A stretch of 64,000 bases of DNA from Eledone cirrhosa (Eukaryota): positions 7,874,001 to 7,938,000 of the forward strand of contig OZ024744.1 in the NCBI GenBank assembly GCA_964016885.1. Direction: 5' to 3'. Numbering within the stretch: the stretch's first letter is position 1; every line of letters starts with the position of its first letter. This document shows, in pieces, positions 38,466 through 52,055 of the stretch. The translations under genes and the position numbers were made by a program. Under the pieces are notes generated by a model. It was not told the origin of the DNA, searched no databases, and saw only the letters and a list, made by a program, of their open reading frames with translations.

Positions 38466-39914
38466 ATACTTCCTGTTATTTCTTGGTTCAATAATATACA
38501 AGGTAAAAATAAGTGTAGATTTACCCAGTTTGATATTGTCGATTTTTACCCTTCTATTACTGTTTCCTTATTAACTAAGGCCTTAGATTTTGCAAGACCC
38601 TCCATTAATATTTCTAAATTAGAAGAAGACATTATCCTCCATGCTAGAAAAACTTTACTTTTTACTAATGATAATATTTGGGTTAAAAAGTCAAACCCTG
38701 AAAACTCTTTTGATGTCGCAATGGGTTCATATGACAGTGCGGATGTGTGTGACTTAGTTGGATTGTTCCTTCTCCACACCCTCAAAGAGAAATTTCCATC
38801 CCATAATATCGGTTTATACCGTGATGACGGATTAGCAGTTTCTCATACCACCAACGGCCATGACCTTGATAAATTCCGTAAAGATTTAATCAATACTTTT
38901 GCTAATCTTAACCTTAAAATTACTATAGATACGAACCTTACTAATGCTAACTTTCTTGATATTAATCTTGATTTACTTACTGCCTCTTTTAAACCCTACC
39001 ATAAACCTAACGAAAATCTTAGGTATATACACAAAGAGTCTTGCCATCCCCCTATAATTTTTAATAATCTTATTCCTAACATTAGCCGTAGGTTTTCTAC
39101 CTTATCTTCGTCTATAGACATTTTTAATAAAGCCGCCCCTTATTATAATAAAGCCCTTAAGAACAGCGGTTTTACAGAAAAAATTTCTTATTTACCTACT
39201 CACCCCCTTAAAACTAACCACAATAACAGGAAAAGGAAGATTATTTGGTTCACATCCCCCTTCTCTCTAACTGTCAAAACTAATGTAGGAAGGAAATTCC
39301 TTGAACTATTAGACAAACATTTTCCTCCTAATCACAGATACTATAAGATATTTAATAGGAACGTAGTCAAGATCAGCTACTCTTGTTGCCCATCTATGAA
39401 GTCCAAAATCACCAGCTCAAACCGGACGAGAATAAATCCAGGATGCAGTTGCAGGAAGCCGGACGAATGCCCATTGCAGGGTAGATGTAACACTAAATCT
39501 GTCGTTTATGAGGCTACGATAACACCAGTAATCAACAACCAGCCAGCCAGGAGTGAGCGATATGTCGGTATGACCCAGGACAGGTTTAAAACCAGATTTT
39601 ACTCACATGTCGCTTCTTTTAAGCACTCCGATAAACGAACATCAACGGCCCTCGCAAGTAAGGTGTGGGAACTCAAGGATAGTAACATCCCGTACTCTAT
39701 TGATTGGTCTATATTAGACCATTCGAGGGAGTACCAAAGGGGCACAAAGAATTGTTCTTTGTGTACCACAGAAAAGTATAGGATTTTGCTAAACTTGAGA
39801 GACACTTCCGCTTGCCTTAATTCAAAGACTGAGATCTTCAGATGCTGTCCTCATCTGAGACCGCACCTGATCTGTAACTGGATTGACACTCCTATGAGAA
39901 ATCAACCGCCTTGA
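38466..39914 (+). CDS. PLE5 RT-GIY-YIG polyprotein, 5'-truncated (frame open from 38466, first ATG at 38721)
   Basis: FTQFDIVDFYPSI, MGSYDSADVCDLVG, GLYRDDGL, NFLDINLDL, RKRKIIWF, CSCR..CPLQGRC, VVY..YVGMT, CSLC..EK and LNSKTEI..CPH in one uninterrupted frame. Confidence 0.93.
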   Translation: MLPVISWFNNIQGKNKCRFTQFDIVDFYPSITVSLLTKALDFARPSINISKLEEDIILHARKTLLFTNDNIWVKKSNPENSFDVAMGSYDSADVCDLVGLFLLHTLKEKFPSHNIGLYRDDGLAVSHTTNGHDLDKFRKDLINTFANLNLKITIDTNLTNANFLDINLDLLTASFKPYHKPNENLRYIHKESCHPPIIFNNLIPNISRRFSTLSSSIDIFNKAAPYYNKALKNSGFTEKISYLPTHPLKTNHNNRKRKIIWFTSPFSLTVKTNVGRKFLELLDKHFPPNHRYYKIFNRNVVKISYSCCPSMKSKITSSNRTRINPGCSCRKPDECPLQGRCNTKSVVYEATITPVINNQPARSERYVGMTQDRFKTRFYSHVASFKHSDKRTSTALASKVWELKDSNIPYSIDWSILDHSREYQRGTKNCSLCTTEKYRILLNLRDTSACLNSKTEIFRCCPHLRPHLICNWIDTPMRNQPP

Positions 39915-40302
39915 ACTCCTTTCCCGCTCTTTACTTCTGCTACGGCTTTATTTTACTGTTTCTACGTTCTGTACTCTTGTATACTTACATTTATTATATA
40001 TTTTTTCTCCCTTACCTCCCCTTATATTTTACCTTCTCCTATGCCCCCCCCCCACACATATATTCTTTTTGCCTTGCCCTCCACATACCTATGTGTATGT
40101 GTATGTATATTTGTGTGTATATATGTATATATATATATATATATATGTGTATATATATATATATAGATATGTGTGTGTATGTGTATGTGTGTATGTATAT
40201 ATGTTTATACGTAGGTGTGTGTGTGCCTGTGTGTATGTATTTATATATGTATGTATTTGTGTGTGTGTATATATATGTGTATGTGTGGATAAGCCAGGTT
40301 TC

Positions 40303-40363
40303 TCTCATCCTGAAGATTGTAGGAACATTTTTTTTGCTGTTAAGAAACCAATGGTAAATGGAA
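40303..40363 (+). ncRNA. Degenerate second hammerhead in the PLE5 3' region (mirror at 36945-37005 on -)
   Basis: CTGAAGA..GAAACCAATGGTA-AATGG, paralogous to 42531-42590 but with imperfect stems I and II. Confidence 0.6.
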
Positions 40364-40531
40364 TAATTGCCTTATGTTGCTTTAATACTTTACTACTATA
40401 TATACGTATATGTAAGGTCCTTATGATTTATCTAAGATTGAGTTTTACATACACACACGCATATACGTGTGTGTATGCGTATGCATGTGTGTGTGCGTGG
40501 TTGTGTGTGTGTGTGTATATGTGTATATGCA

Positions 40532-40589
<58 letters not shown>

Positions 40590-40656
40590 AGTATATGTGT
40601 GTGTGTACATATGTGCGTGTGTATATATTGATAATTGTATATGTGTGTGTGTGTGT

Positions 40657-40695
<39 letters not shown>

Positions 40696-41194
40696 TGTTC
40701 TGTTGTGCGTGTTTATGATATATACGTATTTGTATGTGTATAATTGTTTAGCTATGTATGTATATGTGTGTGTATGTGTACGTGTATATATATGTGTGTG
40801 TGTACGTTTGTATTTATGTATATATGTGTGTGTATATGTATGCATATATGTGTGTGTGTGCATATAGTTGTATACACGTGTGTGTGTGTATAGATTGTAC
40901 ACTTGTGCGTGGTTATGCATGTATGCGTATGTATGCGTTTATGTATTTGTATTTGAAATTTTTTTATGTGTGAGAGTGTGTGAATGCGTTGACTATTTCG
41001 TGCGTATGTATATGTGCTTTTGTGTGTGTTTCTTACCACGCTTGTCTGTCCAGTTTGCTGCCTTATATATTTTTATAATATATATATATATTTTTTTCTA
41101 ATATTTATTTGCGTGTGTGAATATGTAGAGGAGTGCATTTATGTATGTGTATGCATGTACGTGTGTATATATGTTTGATTGTGTGAATGTATGT

Positions 41195-41233
<39 letters not shown>

Positions 41234-41429
41234 GGGGTATGGCTAAGTGTACGTATGTGTATGCGTGTACGCACGCGCATATATATATATATATATATAT
41301 GTGTGTATATGTATATATATGCGTGTATATATGTGTGTGTGTGTATATGTGTGTGTATATATGCATGTGTGTGTGTGTGTATGTGTGTGTGTATATATAT
41401 ATATATGTATGCGTGTGTGCGTGTAGATA

Positions 41430-41527
<98 letters not shown>

Positions 41528-41848
41528 AATGTTTGTATATGTTTGTTCTTAGAGGAACAAAGGCAGACAGATTTCTGTATTCAGATTGGAGCCAATCCTT
41601 ATCATTAGCTTTCTCTTTAGCTTACAGGTGTCTGTAAGATTAGTATGGGGTCAGTCATGGTAGATATATTTGGAGGAAGGGGAGATTCCTTAAAAGCTAA
41701 ATTCTTAAAGGTTCTAGTAAATTGACGAAGGTTTAGGGAATTCTGTAGACAATTTCTAAGTATAATCTAATTCACGAGACACTTGCACGCACACACATGT
41801 GTATGGGGGAAATATATTTATATTTGTATACGCGTGCGTGCGTGCGCG

Positions 41849-41856
41849 CATACACA

Positions 41857-41921
<65 letters not shown>

Positions 41922-41988
41922 TTGTATACATATACAGATTCTCATCTATATTAAAACTCTGCGGTGTACTGAGTGCCTTGCATACACA

Positions 41989-42041
<53 letters not shown>

Positions 42042-42108
42042 TTGTATACATATACAGATTCTCATCTATATTAAAGCTCTGCGGTGTACTGAGTGCCTTG
42101 CATACACA

Positions 42109-42163
<55 letters not shown>

Positions 42164-42222
42164 TTGTATACATATACAGATTCTCATCTATATTAAAGCT
42201 CTGCGGTGTACTGAGTGCCTTG
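41849..42222 (+). repeat. Triplicated ~120-bp unit containing (TG)n, right arm only
   Basis: ATTGTATACATATACAGATTCTCATCTATATTAAA.CTCTGCGGTGTACTGAGTGCCTTG occurs three times, versus once in the left arm at ~35280-35400. Confidence 0.9.
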
Positions 42223-42284
42223 CTTACTGTGGCTGCCTCCGATTCAACCCGGAATAACGTGTGTGTGTATGCGTGTGTGTGTGT

Positions 42285-42387
<103 letters not shown>

Positions 42388-42530
42388 TTTATGTTTTTTC
42401 GTGTATGTGTGGTTGTATGTGTAGTCTTATTTTATTTTTCCTTTCCTTCTTCCTTCTCCAGCCTCACTTTCATATAGCTTGCCTTTTTTTGTTTTTTTAA
42501 GATCCAAATTCAATAAACAAACCAGGATTT

Positions 42531-42590
42531 TTTCATTCTGAGGATTGAAAGCAAAACCTTTTGCTTTTAAGAAACCACTGGTAAATGGAA
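42531..42590 (+). ncRNA. Minimal type I hammerhead at the 3' end of PLE5
   Basis: TTTCATT-CTGAGGA-TTGAAAGCAAA..TTTGCTTTTAA-GAAAC-CACTG-GTA-AATGGAA, about 45 nt before the terminal (TA)n. Confidence 0.85.
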
Positions 42591-42625
42591 TAATTGCCTT
42601 ATGTTGTTTATTACATAATAATAAT

Positions 42626-42683
<58 letters not shown>

Positions 42684-42689
<6 letters not shown>

Positions 42690-43108
42690 ACTAGAAATAG
42701 ATTGACATATATATATATATAAAATAAACATATGAAACAATCAGAGGGAATAATTTGTAAAGAATGTAACCATACATAGCTAGGTAGGTAACTAATTAAG
42801 GTTTAACTAGAACTTCAAATGTAGATACCTTTTAACATGATTAATCTCCTTTGTATATATTTCTTTAAGTAAGAATTATATTTCACCAATTAATCCGTAA
42901 AACACAGTAGTCAGATTCTTGGATGTTCACCAAAGGAGAAGAAGATAACTATACCTATAAAGATATCTATATTTGAAGTTATTGTTAAACTTTAATTAGT
43001 TACTTACCTAGCTATGTGTGCTTACATTCTTTACAAAAATATTCCTTGTGATTGTTTCATATGTTTATTTTATATATATATATATGTCAATCTATTTCTA
43101 GTTGATAT
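42684..43108. mobile_element. Foldback/MITE-like element with ~120-bp inverted repeats
   Basis: 42684-42807 is the reverse complement of 42984-43108. Confidence 0.75.
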
Positions 43109-43202
43109 GTAATGCTCAGATGTATTCATTGGAATCTTTGAGCTTATTATACAGGGGATTTGGCGCATGTCTCTCAGACATGACAACCCTTAATTTTAAT
43201 TT

Positions 43203-43288
<86 letters not shown>

Positions 43289-43693
43289 ATAGATATAGAT
43301 ATATATGTTTCGCATTAACAATAGAGATAATTCAGGAATTTTAAAACTTTATATTTAGCATCCAAAATAAATGTCTTTTAGGCCTAACATTCCCTTTTTA
43401 GAAATTTGGCGTTTTCTTTTCATTTACATTTGATGTGGAAAAGGAAAGTATCGATAAAAATCAATATTATTTTATAATTGTTAATTTAATACATGGCATT
43501 GTACTCTAATTTCCTAATAAAAACATTTTCAAAAGCCTTTCCGTTTGTTGAAATTAATATAGCATTATGCTATTCTGTTAGAGTAGCAGCGAGCTTGTGA
43601 GGTCTTTTTTCTTTATTTTTCAACTACTTTATATGCAAGAAAGGGAAAATGCATATATATATATATATATATACGTATGTATGTATATATATA

Positions 43694-43758
<65 letters not shown>

Positions 43759-43799
43759 CGTTTCTGAATTTGTTTAGCAACATGACCCTCCCAAAGTAT

Positions 43800-43854
<55 letters not shown>

Positions 43855-43858
<4 letters not shown>

Positions 43859-44315
43859 TGTATGCATAGTATATTTGGCAATATATCGTATGTTTAAATA
43901 AAAACATTTTGAAGACCTTTCGCTATCATTTTAAAGTAGTGACTATGTCACGTACTTGTTTTCGGCGAAAGAAGGCAGAGAAGCTAACAGTCTGTTTCAT
44001 GGTGTTTGGCAATCATCAGAGCCACGTACTTCCCTCTTCCGCCGAAAATTATAGAAGCTAGATTATTATAGAATGCCAGTAATAATCAGGAGCTGATTAT
44101 ACAGAGCTATTGCCGGTCCAGCAAAAATTTGGGATTAGGATTGGTGCTCTGAAATAGCGATGTATACATGAATGTATGTATAGTATATTTGGTAATATAC
44201 CGTATGTTTAATTAAACACACTTTGAAGACCTTACGCTATCATTTTAAAGTAGTGACTATGTCACTTACTTCTTTTCAACGAAAGAAGGCAGAGAAGCTA
44301 ACAGTCTGTTTCATG
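43855..44315 (-). repeat. ~145-bp direct repeat (period ~313) with a hammerhead-like motif at 43981-44024
   Basis: 43855-44000 matches 44168-44315. The minus strand reads GCT-CTGATGA-T-TG..CA-T-GAAAC-AGACT-GTT-AGC. Confidence 0.65.
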
Positions 44316-44360
44316 CTGTATATATATATATATATTAGATTCTCATTGTCTATATATATA

Positions 44361-44403
<43 letters not shown>

Positions 44404-45740
44404 TAAAACATGTCTATAGAATCACTAGATAAAATATATACCGTTTCCTCTCCCAATTACCATAATTAACCATATAAAAAAATCAATTAGACAAAGCTAT
44501 AGGAATAAAGGCTCCTATGAAGAAATCTCCAACAAATAACCGCAAGCAGCCCCTTCGCGGCTGTGTATATATATATATATATATATATAACGAAGGTCTT
44601 GTGGTGAGGAACCATATTGACCATAACGCACCAGAGTACTCAATACTTACGGTAGTAGAGTGGGTAATAGGAAAATGTTTGATCCTGACAGCAGAGCTCA
44701 AGCCGTTTCGACGGCGAGAAAGGGAAAATGTATATATATATATATATATAAAAATGTAAGTCCAAAGAATCATTAGATAAAATATATACAGTATTTCCTC
44801 TCCCAATCAGTATAAATTAACTACACAAAAAATCATTTAAACTGGCTATAAGTTTAAAATGTATTTATGAAGAAACAATAGACAAATGATACAGATTCCC
44901 TTCCGCGACGTACAGCCATATGACATTTACCTAGTATTTCTCCTAGCCTGTAAAAATTGACTAGACCAATAGTTAACTACACGGAATTAGGTACAAAATT
45001 GAAGTTAGAAGAAAAAAATGCACAAAAATATTAACAAAATTATCATCGTCTCTACCAATTAATTAATTCTTCATTGAGCCACACCATGAATGGTTGCCAA
45101 ACGCATATATGTATCTGACTTTGTCTAATTTATATATGTATACCCTTTGAATTTAATATATATATATATATAACTTTTGAATGTATATGAGCCAGTGTAT
45201 GTGTGTGTGTGTGTGTGTGTACGTGCACTTACTGTAGGGTAAGGGCTTGTTTGTGTGTACATTTATGTGTGAGTGCAAATACATATGTATATATATATAT
45301 ATATGTGTGTGTGTGTTTGGGAGCGAGTCTGTCTTTGTGCCTCGTGTGTATGTGTATATGTGTATGTATGTGTGTGGATATATGTGTATATGTGTGTGCG
45401 AGTGGACTTGTGAAATACCAAACCCAGCATGGATTCATTGAAGTGTGTCAGGCGGTGGGACAGCTGATGGACAGTGTGACAGCAACTATTGGCCAGAATT
45501 TATGATGACGTAGAAAAACGACAGCCAACAGCAGGACAAGCGAAGAAGATCTTTTTTGACGCTAACACCCCAGTGAGAAAATTTGATCCGAAATTATTGC
45601 AAGTGTCCGACGAACCTGCAGTATCCAGAATCAGACAGATACATACAATGATCGCATCTCGAGCTGTCTGCCGGCGAAACAATTGAAACACACAATAATT
45701 TTGAGTGAGTCCAGATGCATCACTGACTTTTCGTTTTATA

Positions 45741-45798
<58 letters not shown>

Positions 45799-45837
45799 AT
45801 GTATGTATACATATATATAATTATATATATATATATA

Positions 45838-46457
45838 AAATATGAAAACATGGCGTACTGCGTGGTTGCAGATGGGTTACATATGAATAAAATTAGTCCT
45901 TCATCAGTGATCGTCCAGCCTTCATTGGTATTTCATCGCTTTAAATATCATATACCTCTGGTTGGTGCGAGCAACGGCTAAAGAAAGTCGTTGGGACACG
46001 TAAATAGGGGGAAGGAGCGAGACAGTAAACAAACAAAGATGGTAATGCAACGAAAAGTGAGGAAGAAGGAGTCAAATCCCTGAAATCGATGAACATAAGT
46101 TCTGTGAAATCGTAGACGAGAGAGAATAAAGACCATCCGACCTGGTCGAAATGTGAGTGAGGAAAGAATCTCGCACATGTCAAACGGGAGGAAGTAGGAG
46201 AGGGAGTAGCAGAGAGTGAGTGAGTGAAAGTGTGAGGAAGAGGCTAACAGAGAGAGTGACTGGTAGAGGGAGTAAAAGGAAGTGAGAGATACAAAGAAAA
46301 GGGGAAGCAGTAAGAAAGAAACAGACGGGTCACAGGGGAGGAAAATATATATGAAAAATATGAAAACATGGCGTGCTGCGTGGTTGCAAATGGGTTACAT
46401 ATGAATAAAATTAGTCCTTCATCAGTGATCTTCCAGCCTTCATTGGTATTTCATGGC
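45838..46457. repeat. ~105-bp direct repeats flanking a purine-rich segment
   Basis: ATATGAAAACATGGCGT.CTGCGTGGTTGCA...TTCATTGGTATTTCAT at ~45840 and ~46358. Confidence 0.8.
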
Positions 46458-46469
46458 TATATATATATA

Positions 46470-46921
46470 TATAAGTATGTATACGTACATACATATATGT
46501 ATACAGACATACAGTAGTATGTATATATATACATACATGCACACATATATATATGTATGTACGGATTTACCGAACATTTATTATAATGCTCGGTTTGTTT
46601 GTAAACAAACAAACATCCCGAATTAAGCCGTACAGTGTTTAGCAACCATCGTTGCCCTTTTGTTCAACACTGACAAAAGAACGATGTACTAGTTTCAAGC
46701 TAATTAGCTATTGTTAGCACTGTATACCTTCCTGTCAGATGATTGAACGTCTGAAAATATATACTTTCCTTAGGCATATTAACGGCTGAGCAGCCTAATT
46801 TGCATATCGAGTGAGTTAATCGGCCGGGAGCACCAAAAACGAAAAATGGAAAAAATGAAACGAATTTCATTTCTCACTCTTAGTACGGCTGTTACTTAAA
46901 TATAAGTATGTATACGTACAT
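46470..46921 (-). mobile_element. Dispersed monomer of the ~430-bp retrozyme-like unit with terminal redundancy
   Basis: Starts and ends with TAAGTATGTATACGTACAT. The hammerhead core has decayed (CTAACAA) and the octamer is retained. Confidence 0.8.
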
Positions 46922-47071
46922 CTGTTAGAACACGAAAAGTGTGAAACAACAGAATGTTCACTTTTCGTGTTCTAACATATATGCCTAGCTTCTTCATAAA
47001 TTTTTCGGGGATAGCCGTGGTGGTGGTGATCGTATGTCATTGGCTAATTTTCAACCAATCAGAGTAAGTGT

Positions 47072-47119
<48 letters not shown>

Positions 47120-48496
47120 TATTCCCCCTCTCTATATATATATCTTACGCTTTCGCTTTACACTCCTCCCCTTCAATAACACATTTCCCCCTCTCTATAT
47201 ATCTCTTCCACTGTTACTTACGCCTGTTTCTCTCTATCTGTTCCGTCTCTATATATATCTCTCTTACTCTTTCGCTTTGCACTCCTCCCCTTCAATACCA
47301 TCTCTCCCCCTCTCTATATCATCTCTCCCCCTCTCTATATATTTGTTACTCTATCGCTGCACGCTCCTCTCCTTCAATATATCAATTACACACGCTTTAC
47401 ACTCCTTTATCCCCAGCGCCCCTATATATACACCCCCCTCCCGCATCTATATTTTAATGTTCCGTTGCACCGTGAATATATGTGTCTATATATATATACA
47501 TATATATTGTATATACACATTCATGTATGTGTATACACACTCATGTATGTATATACACTGGTTTTATGTGTGTATTGTAAATTTGTACTGTTAAAACACG
47601 AAACTAACATTCGATTGACACTTTGATTACCTGTACAGGCAATAGTTATTAGAATGCTGTTGAAGTGTGTATATATTTTTGGGGGACATCCTGTATATAC
47701 ACACATTATATATAATACAATAAACAGATAAATACACACATATATATATGAGCTTATTTAATTATAAATATTGTGAATTTTTAACTCAGTTCAATTATAT
47801 ATATAAATGGCTTCTACAGGACTAGAACTGTTTCATTCGAAAGAAATCATCATAATATTGAGAGGGGGGACTAGATAAAATATTTCAAATCAAATGTGTA
47901 TAAGTTATAAGTTAAAATGTATAAATAGAGACGATAGTGGAGGTATATCTGTTTAGTGGAACAGTCGACGATAGAATTAAATACAGACGAGAATCTCCCT
48001 TTAATGAAACAGCAGACGATAGAATTAAGGCAATTTAAATTTTAAACATTTGCATTTTTGCCTTTCATCGTTACGGGGTCGATAAAATAAAGTACCAGTA
48101 ATACACTGTCACTATAAGTAGACGACTTTCAAATTGAATTGTTGGTTCCATTTCTTTAGTATTTTCAATTGTAGTTATCTACTTAAAAAGCGTTACACGG
48201 TTAGAGACATAATTGGTAAGTTATATCTTCCCTATTAAACCATTGCATTATTTCGCCTACAATAGAACAAAAATGAAATGTTCTTTAAAGAAACAGGAAT
48301 ATAACTTTATAAAAAAAAAAGTTGCATCCGCTTCTTTTATCATTGATAATTTTTTCGTTTTAATATTAATTGTTTTTTGTAGTTGTTTATATTAAAAATC
48401 TTACTGTAATATTTACTTAAACGAAGGCAGACATCTAAACTTATAGATTAATCTTGAGCGAAGGACTAGATAAATCTCTCTCTCTCTCTCTCTCTC

Positions 48497-48690
48497 AACG
48501 AAGAATGATAACATTTCAAGCAAAGAGTTTAATTAGGTAATGACTTACAAATTTGTTTCAGTATATCTTTAATATAATATTATTAACTAATTATTATAAT
48601 TAGCGCTTCAGGCTTTGTCTATATACTGAAACAAATTTGTAAGTCATTACCTAATTAAACTCTTTGCTTGAAATTTTATCACTCTTCGTT
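48497..48690. repeat. Palindrome with 70-bp arms
   Basis: 48497-48566 is the reverse complement of 48621-48690. Confidence 0.9.
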
Positions 48691-48837
48691 TTGAATTTCT
48701 CCTAAGTATTCAATACTCTGTTGAGAAATACATTTTACATAAACAGTCTTTGTACCATTTATACGGTATTAATTACTTATATTTATATATATATATATAT
48801 ATAGCGTATGATTAGAACTGTGTTTATTATTAATATT

Positions 48838-49205
48838 TGGTGAATTGGCAGTATCGGTAGAGGGTTGGACGCCATGCTTTGACGCATAGAGTTACGACCC
48901 TTGCCATTCTGAGTTCAAATCCCGCCGAGGTTAACTTTGCCTTTTATACGGTATTAATTACTTATATTTATATATATATATATATATAGCGTATGATTAG
49001 AACTGTGTTTATTATTAATATTTGGTGAATTGGCAGTATCGGTAGAGGGTTGGACGCCATGCTTTGACGTATAGAGTTACGGACCTTGCCATTCTGAGTT
49101 CAAATCCCGCCGAGGTCAACTTTGCCTTTCATCCTTATGGGGTCGATAAAATAAAGTACCAGTAATGTACTGGATAATTGCTGGCCTTGTGCCAAAAGTA
49201 GAAAC
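48838..49205 (+). mobile_element. tRNA-derived SINE within a 185-bp tandem duplication (48758-49127)
   Basis: TGGCAGTATCGGTAGAG (A-box-like), GAGTTCAAATCCC (B-box-like) and tail CTTTGCCTTTCATCC..GGGGTCGATAAAATAAAGTACCAG. Confidence 0.8.
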
Positions 49206-49351
49206 AATTATTAATATTTTAATGGATTTAATGAAAAATTTTAGGTGTTCATATATATATTCTAAAAATGCGCGAAATCGTGAATCCGCGATAGTTGAAC
49301 CGCCAAGTAGCGAGGTATCACTGTATATATGTTTAAATATATAGTGTAGCT

Positions 49352-49816
49352 GTGATGTATCTCGCGAGTGAATCGAGACCTGTCACTGATTTTGGTGTCC
49401 CCACTGCCGATGTGAATGAGCAACGCTGCACTTGTGAATTGGGTCTTGATGTTGCAGGCAGTTCATATACTTACAATGATGCGGTCCCACAAGCTTGTTC
49501 ACATTCCTGTGCTAATAATCTAGATGGGCGTATTAAATTGGATGTGAAAGCAGCTTACCGGATGCGGAATCGGGAGAAGTTGAGACAAAAACAGGCCGAT
49601 TATAGAGCTGTGAAATTTGCTAAATTAACACAAAAACAGGCCAAGTATAGATGTTCAAAACGGTATGAGTTGGCAAACAAGCAGGCCAAGTATAGATCTG
49701 CAAATTCAGCTATTATATCTCAAAAGCAAGCCGAGCGTAGAGCTTCTAAACGTACCGAGTTGGCTAAAGAGCAGACCAAGTACAGATCTGCAAATATCTT
49801 ATTGCACAAACAATAA
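49352..49816 (+). CDS. Hypothetical ORF with basic 15-aa repeats (KQAxYR), possibly TE-derived or an exon
   Basis: Five to six diverged 45-bp units keep the reading frame. The sequence is not a microsatellite. Confidence 0.4.
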   Translation: MMYLASESRPVTDFGVPTADVNEQRCTCELGLDVAGSSYTYNDAVPQACSHSCANNLDGRIKLDVKAAYRMRNREKLRQKQADYRAVKFAKLTQKQAKYRCSKRYELANKQAKYRSANSAIISQKQAERRASKRTELAKEQTKYRSANILLHKQ

Positions 49817-49842
49817 TTCTACACAAATGTTGCTCCATTATT

Positions 49843-50015
49843 TTGGCAGTATTGGTAGAGGGTCGGATGCCATGCTTTCCAGCATAGTTACGTCCCTTTA
49901 CGATCTGAGTTCAAATCCTGCCGAGGTTGACTTTGCCTTTCATCCTTACGGGGTAGATAAAATAAAGTACCAGTAATGCACTGGGTAATTGCTGGCCGTG
50001 TGCCTAAAGTAGAAA
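49843..50015 (+). mobile_element. tRNA-derived SINE
   Basis: Same family as 48838-49205. Confidence 0.8.
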
Positions 50016-50189
50016 CAATTATTAGATCTAATGTTGCAACGATACAGTTAAATGTTGTCTGTGTATTTTAAAAAAGATTTGCTTATAATCTTTTCAAATT
50101 TCATTACGCCAATGATTCAAGCTCAAATTGACATTATCTAAAAACTTGTACAAACAGCGGTGGATTAGCAGTAGTGAACAGATAAATCA

Positions 50190-50862
50190 GTCAATTTATT
50201 AAGATTGACTTGGCATCAATCAGCAAGACCTTCATTAGCTGCTCTCCAGCCATCTATTTAAAGCTGTATACATCTATGGTACGAATACATTTGGAGTTCG
50301 CGTCATCAGTCTGGAACCCCTATCTTGCTCAGAACATTGACCTCCTGGAAACTGTTCAGAGACATGCAACCAAGCGCATACCCTCCATCAGACACCTACC
50401 ATACCCTGAATATTTTGCTTCCCTCTGGCAATGGACTTGGTAAACACCCACAAAGTTATTAACCATCCGACCAACAACAACCCCGAACACCTTTTTGATC
50501 TCCATGTGTCTAACACGTGGACATGCCTACAAAGTCAGAAAACAACACAGCTCCCATGACTTTAGGAAATATTTCTTCATGCTCAGAGTTGCTGAAGGAT
50601 GGAACAAACTTCCTGCATCAGTTGTTAGCTGATGACACACTGCATCCTTTAAAACCATCATACATTCCGAAATACACCAAAACTACACCTGATGTCCCCC
50701 TTCCATACACATGCACATATGTGTATATCATGACTCATGCACTGTTCTTTTTTCCTGACGTTTTTATATTACCCTATGTATTATATATGCACTTTTGATG
50801 AGTTGTAGTGCACCTCAGCATTGTACACAATATTTTCATTATTATTATCATTATTATTATTA
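50190..50862 (+). mobile_element. 5'-truncated CR1/L2-group LINE 3' fragment
   Basis: LYTSMVRIHLEFASSVWNPY..LETVQRHATK and RGHAYK..RKYFFMLRV..WNKLP, ending in an (ATT)n tail. Confidence 0.85.
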
Positions 50863-51329
50863 CACTGATTGATCCATTTTGCACTAACTCTGCATCAAGC
50901 ACCCTCACCTAAATATTAACCAATCAAGGATCCAATACAGCTATCTGTTGGATGAGTATTGTATAGTGCCAAAAACGAAACCAATCAGTTTAGCAGAAAG
51001 TTTCCAGACAAGAAACACGCATATTTTGCTATCCTCAAACACGTTTACACATGGCATGAAATATAACTAATCCGAGATGGCTAGGTTTCATCTTCTAATT
51101 GGATATACGAAATCCATTATGTCTTGACAACAACATGAGGTAACATTATGTTATTCACAGACACACTTTGTACACTGTTCCATATCAGAATGTATTTCCT
51201 TCGTCACATTCACAAACAGTATTGAAAATATGTTCTTCGGCAATTAAAAATGTTTTGTTCATAATATTTCAACTAGCGATTGCTCTACTCCACGCACGAC
51301 CACCATAAATTAATGACCAGCTCAACACA

Positions 51330-51495
51330 AGTATTGGTAGAGCGTCAGACACCATGCTTTGCAGTATTGTTATGGTCCTTTGCATTCTAAGTTCAAATCC
51401 TGCCGAGGTTAACTTCGACTTTCATACTTACTAATTCGATAAAATAAAGTACCAGTAATGGACTGCCGTAATGGATTTGTGCCGAAAAATAGAAA
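51330..51495 (+). mobile_element. tRNA-derived SINE, diverged
   Basis: GTATTGGTAGAGCGTCAGAC..AAGTTCAAATCCTGCCGAGGTTAAC..GATAAAATAAAGTACCAG. Confidence 0.75.
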
Positions 51496-52055
51496 CACTA
51501 TTAATGTGCAATAAGAGCAAAATATAACGACATTGCTCAATTATTTTATCTAATGTTGTAATAACACAAGGAAATGTTGTTTGTGTATTTTTTTTTATAT
51601 TTGCTCATAGGCTTTTACAATTTCGCTCAGCCAACAACTATTAAAAAGTGAGTTGCTTAAGATAACAATTTAATCACAAATTGTTGCTATCTTTTAATAC
51701 ACTCCAACAAGTCATCAAATTATGTACAATAAAAACAAATCTTATTAATTTGCTCAGGGAATATAAAGAAAATGTATATACACTGATAATTGCAATTGTA
51801 TGTAAATATTTTGTTTTTGTATTGTTTATTTTATGTTTTCTATTATGTATAATATATTGATTTAATATTGATTGTTTTTTGTAGTTGTTTATATTAAAAG
51901 TCTGAAAATATTTTTATACATCTTACACTAATATTTATAAGATAATTTATAATAACAATTACATAATCTAATTACATTACAACGATAATTTATTATTAAT
52001 ATATATCCTGTTTAACTAGAGTTATTACAAGCGTTGCCTTAAAAAAATATTAAAC

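Noticed and set aside
45395-45700. Coding-like island between microsatellites
   Set aside because: Only short frames with no motif I recognise, so it cannot be assigned.
45890-45915. CTGATGAAGGAC on the minus strand (also at ~46420) as a hammerhead
   Set aside because: No complementary stem II strand or GAAA follows.
48838-51495. tRNA genes suggested by A/B-box-like motifs
   Set aside because: No cloverleaf, and a shared 3' tail across dispersed diverged copies indicates SINEs.
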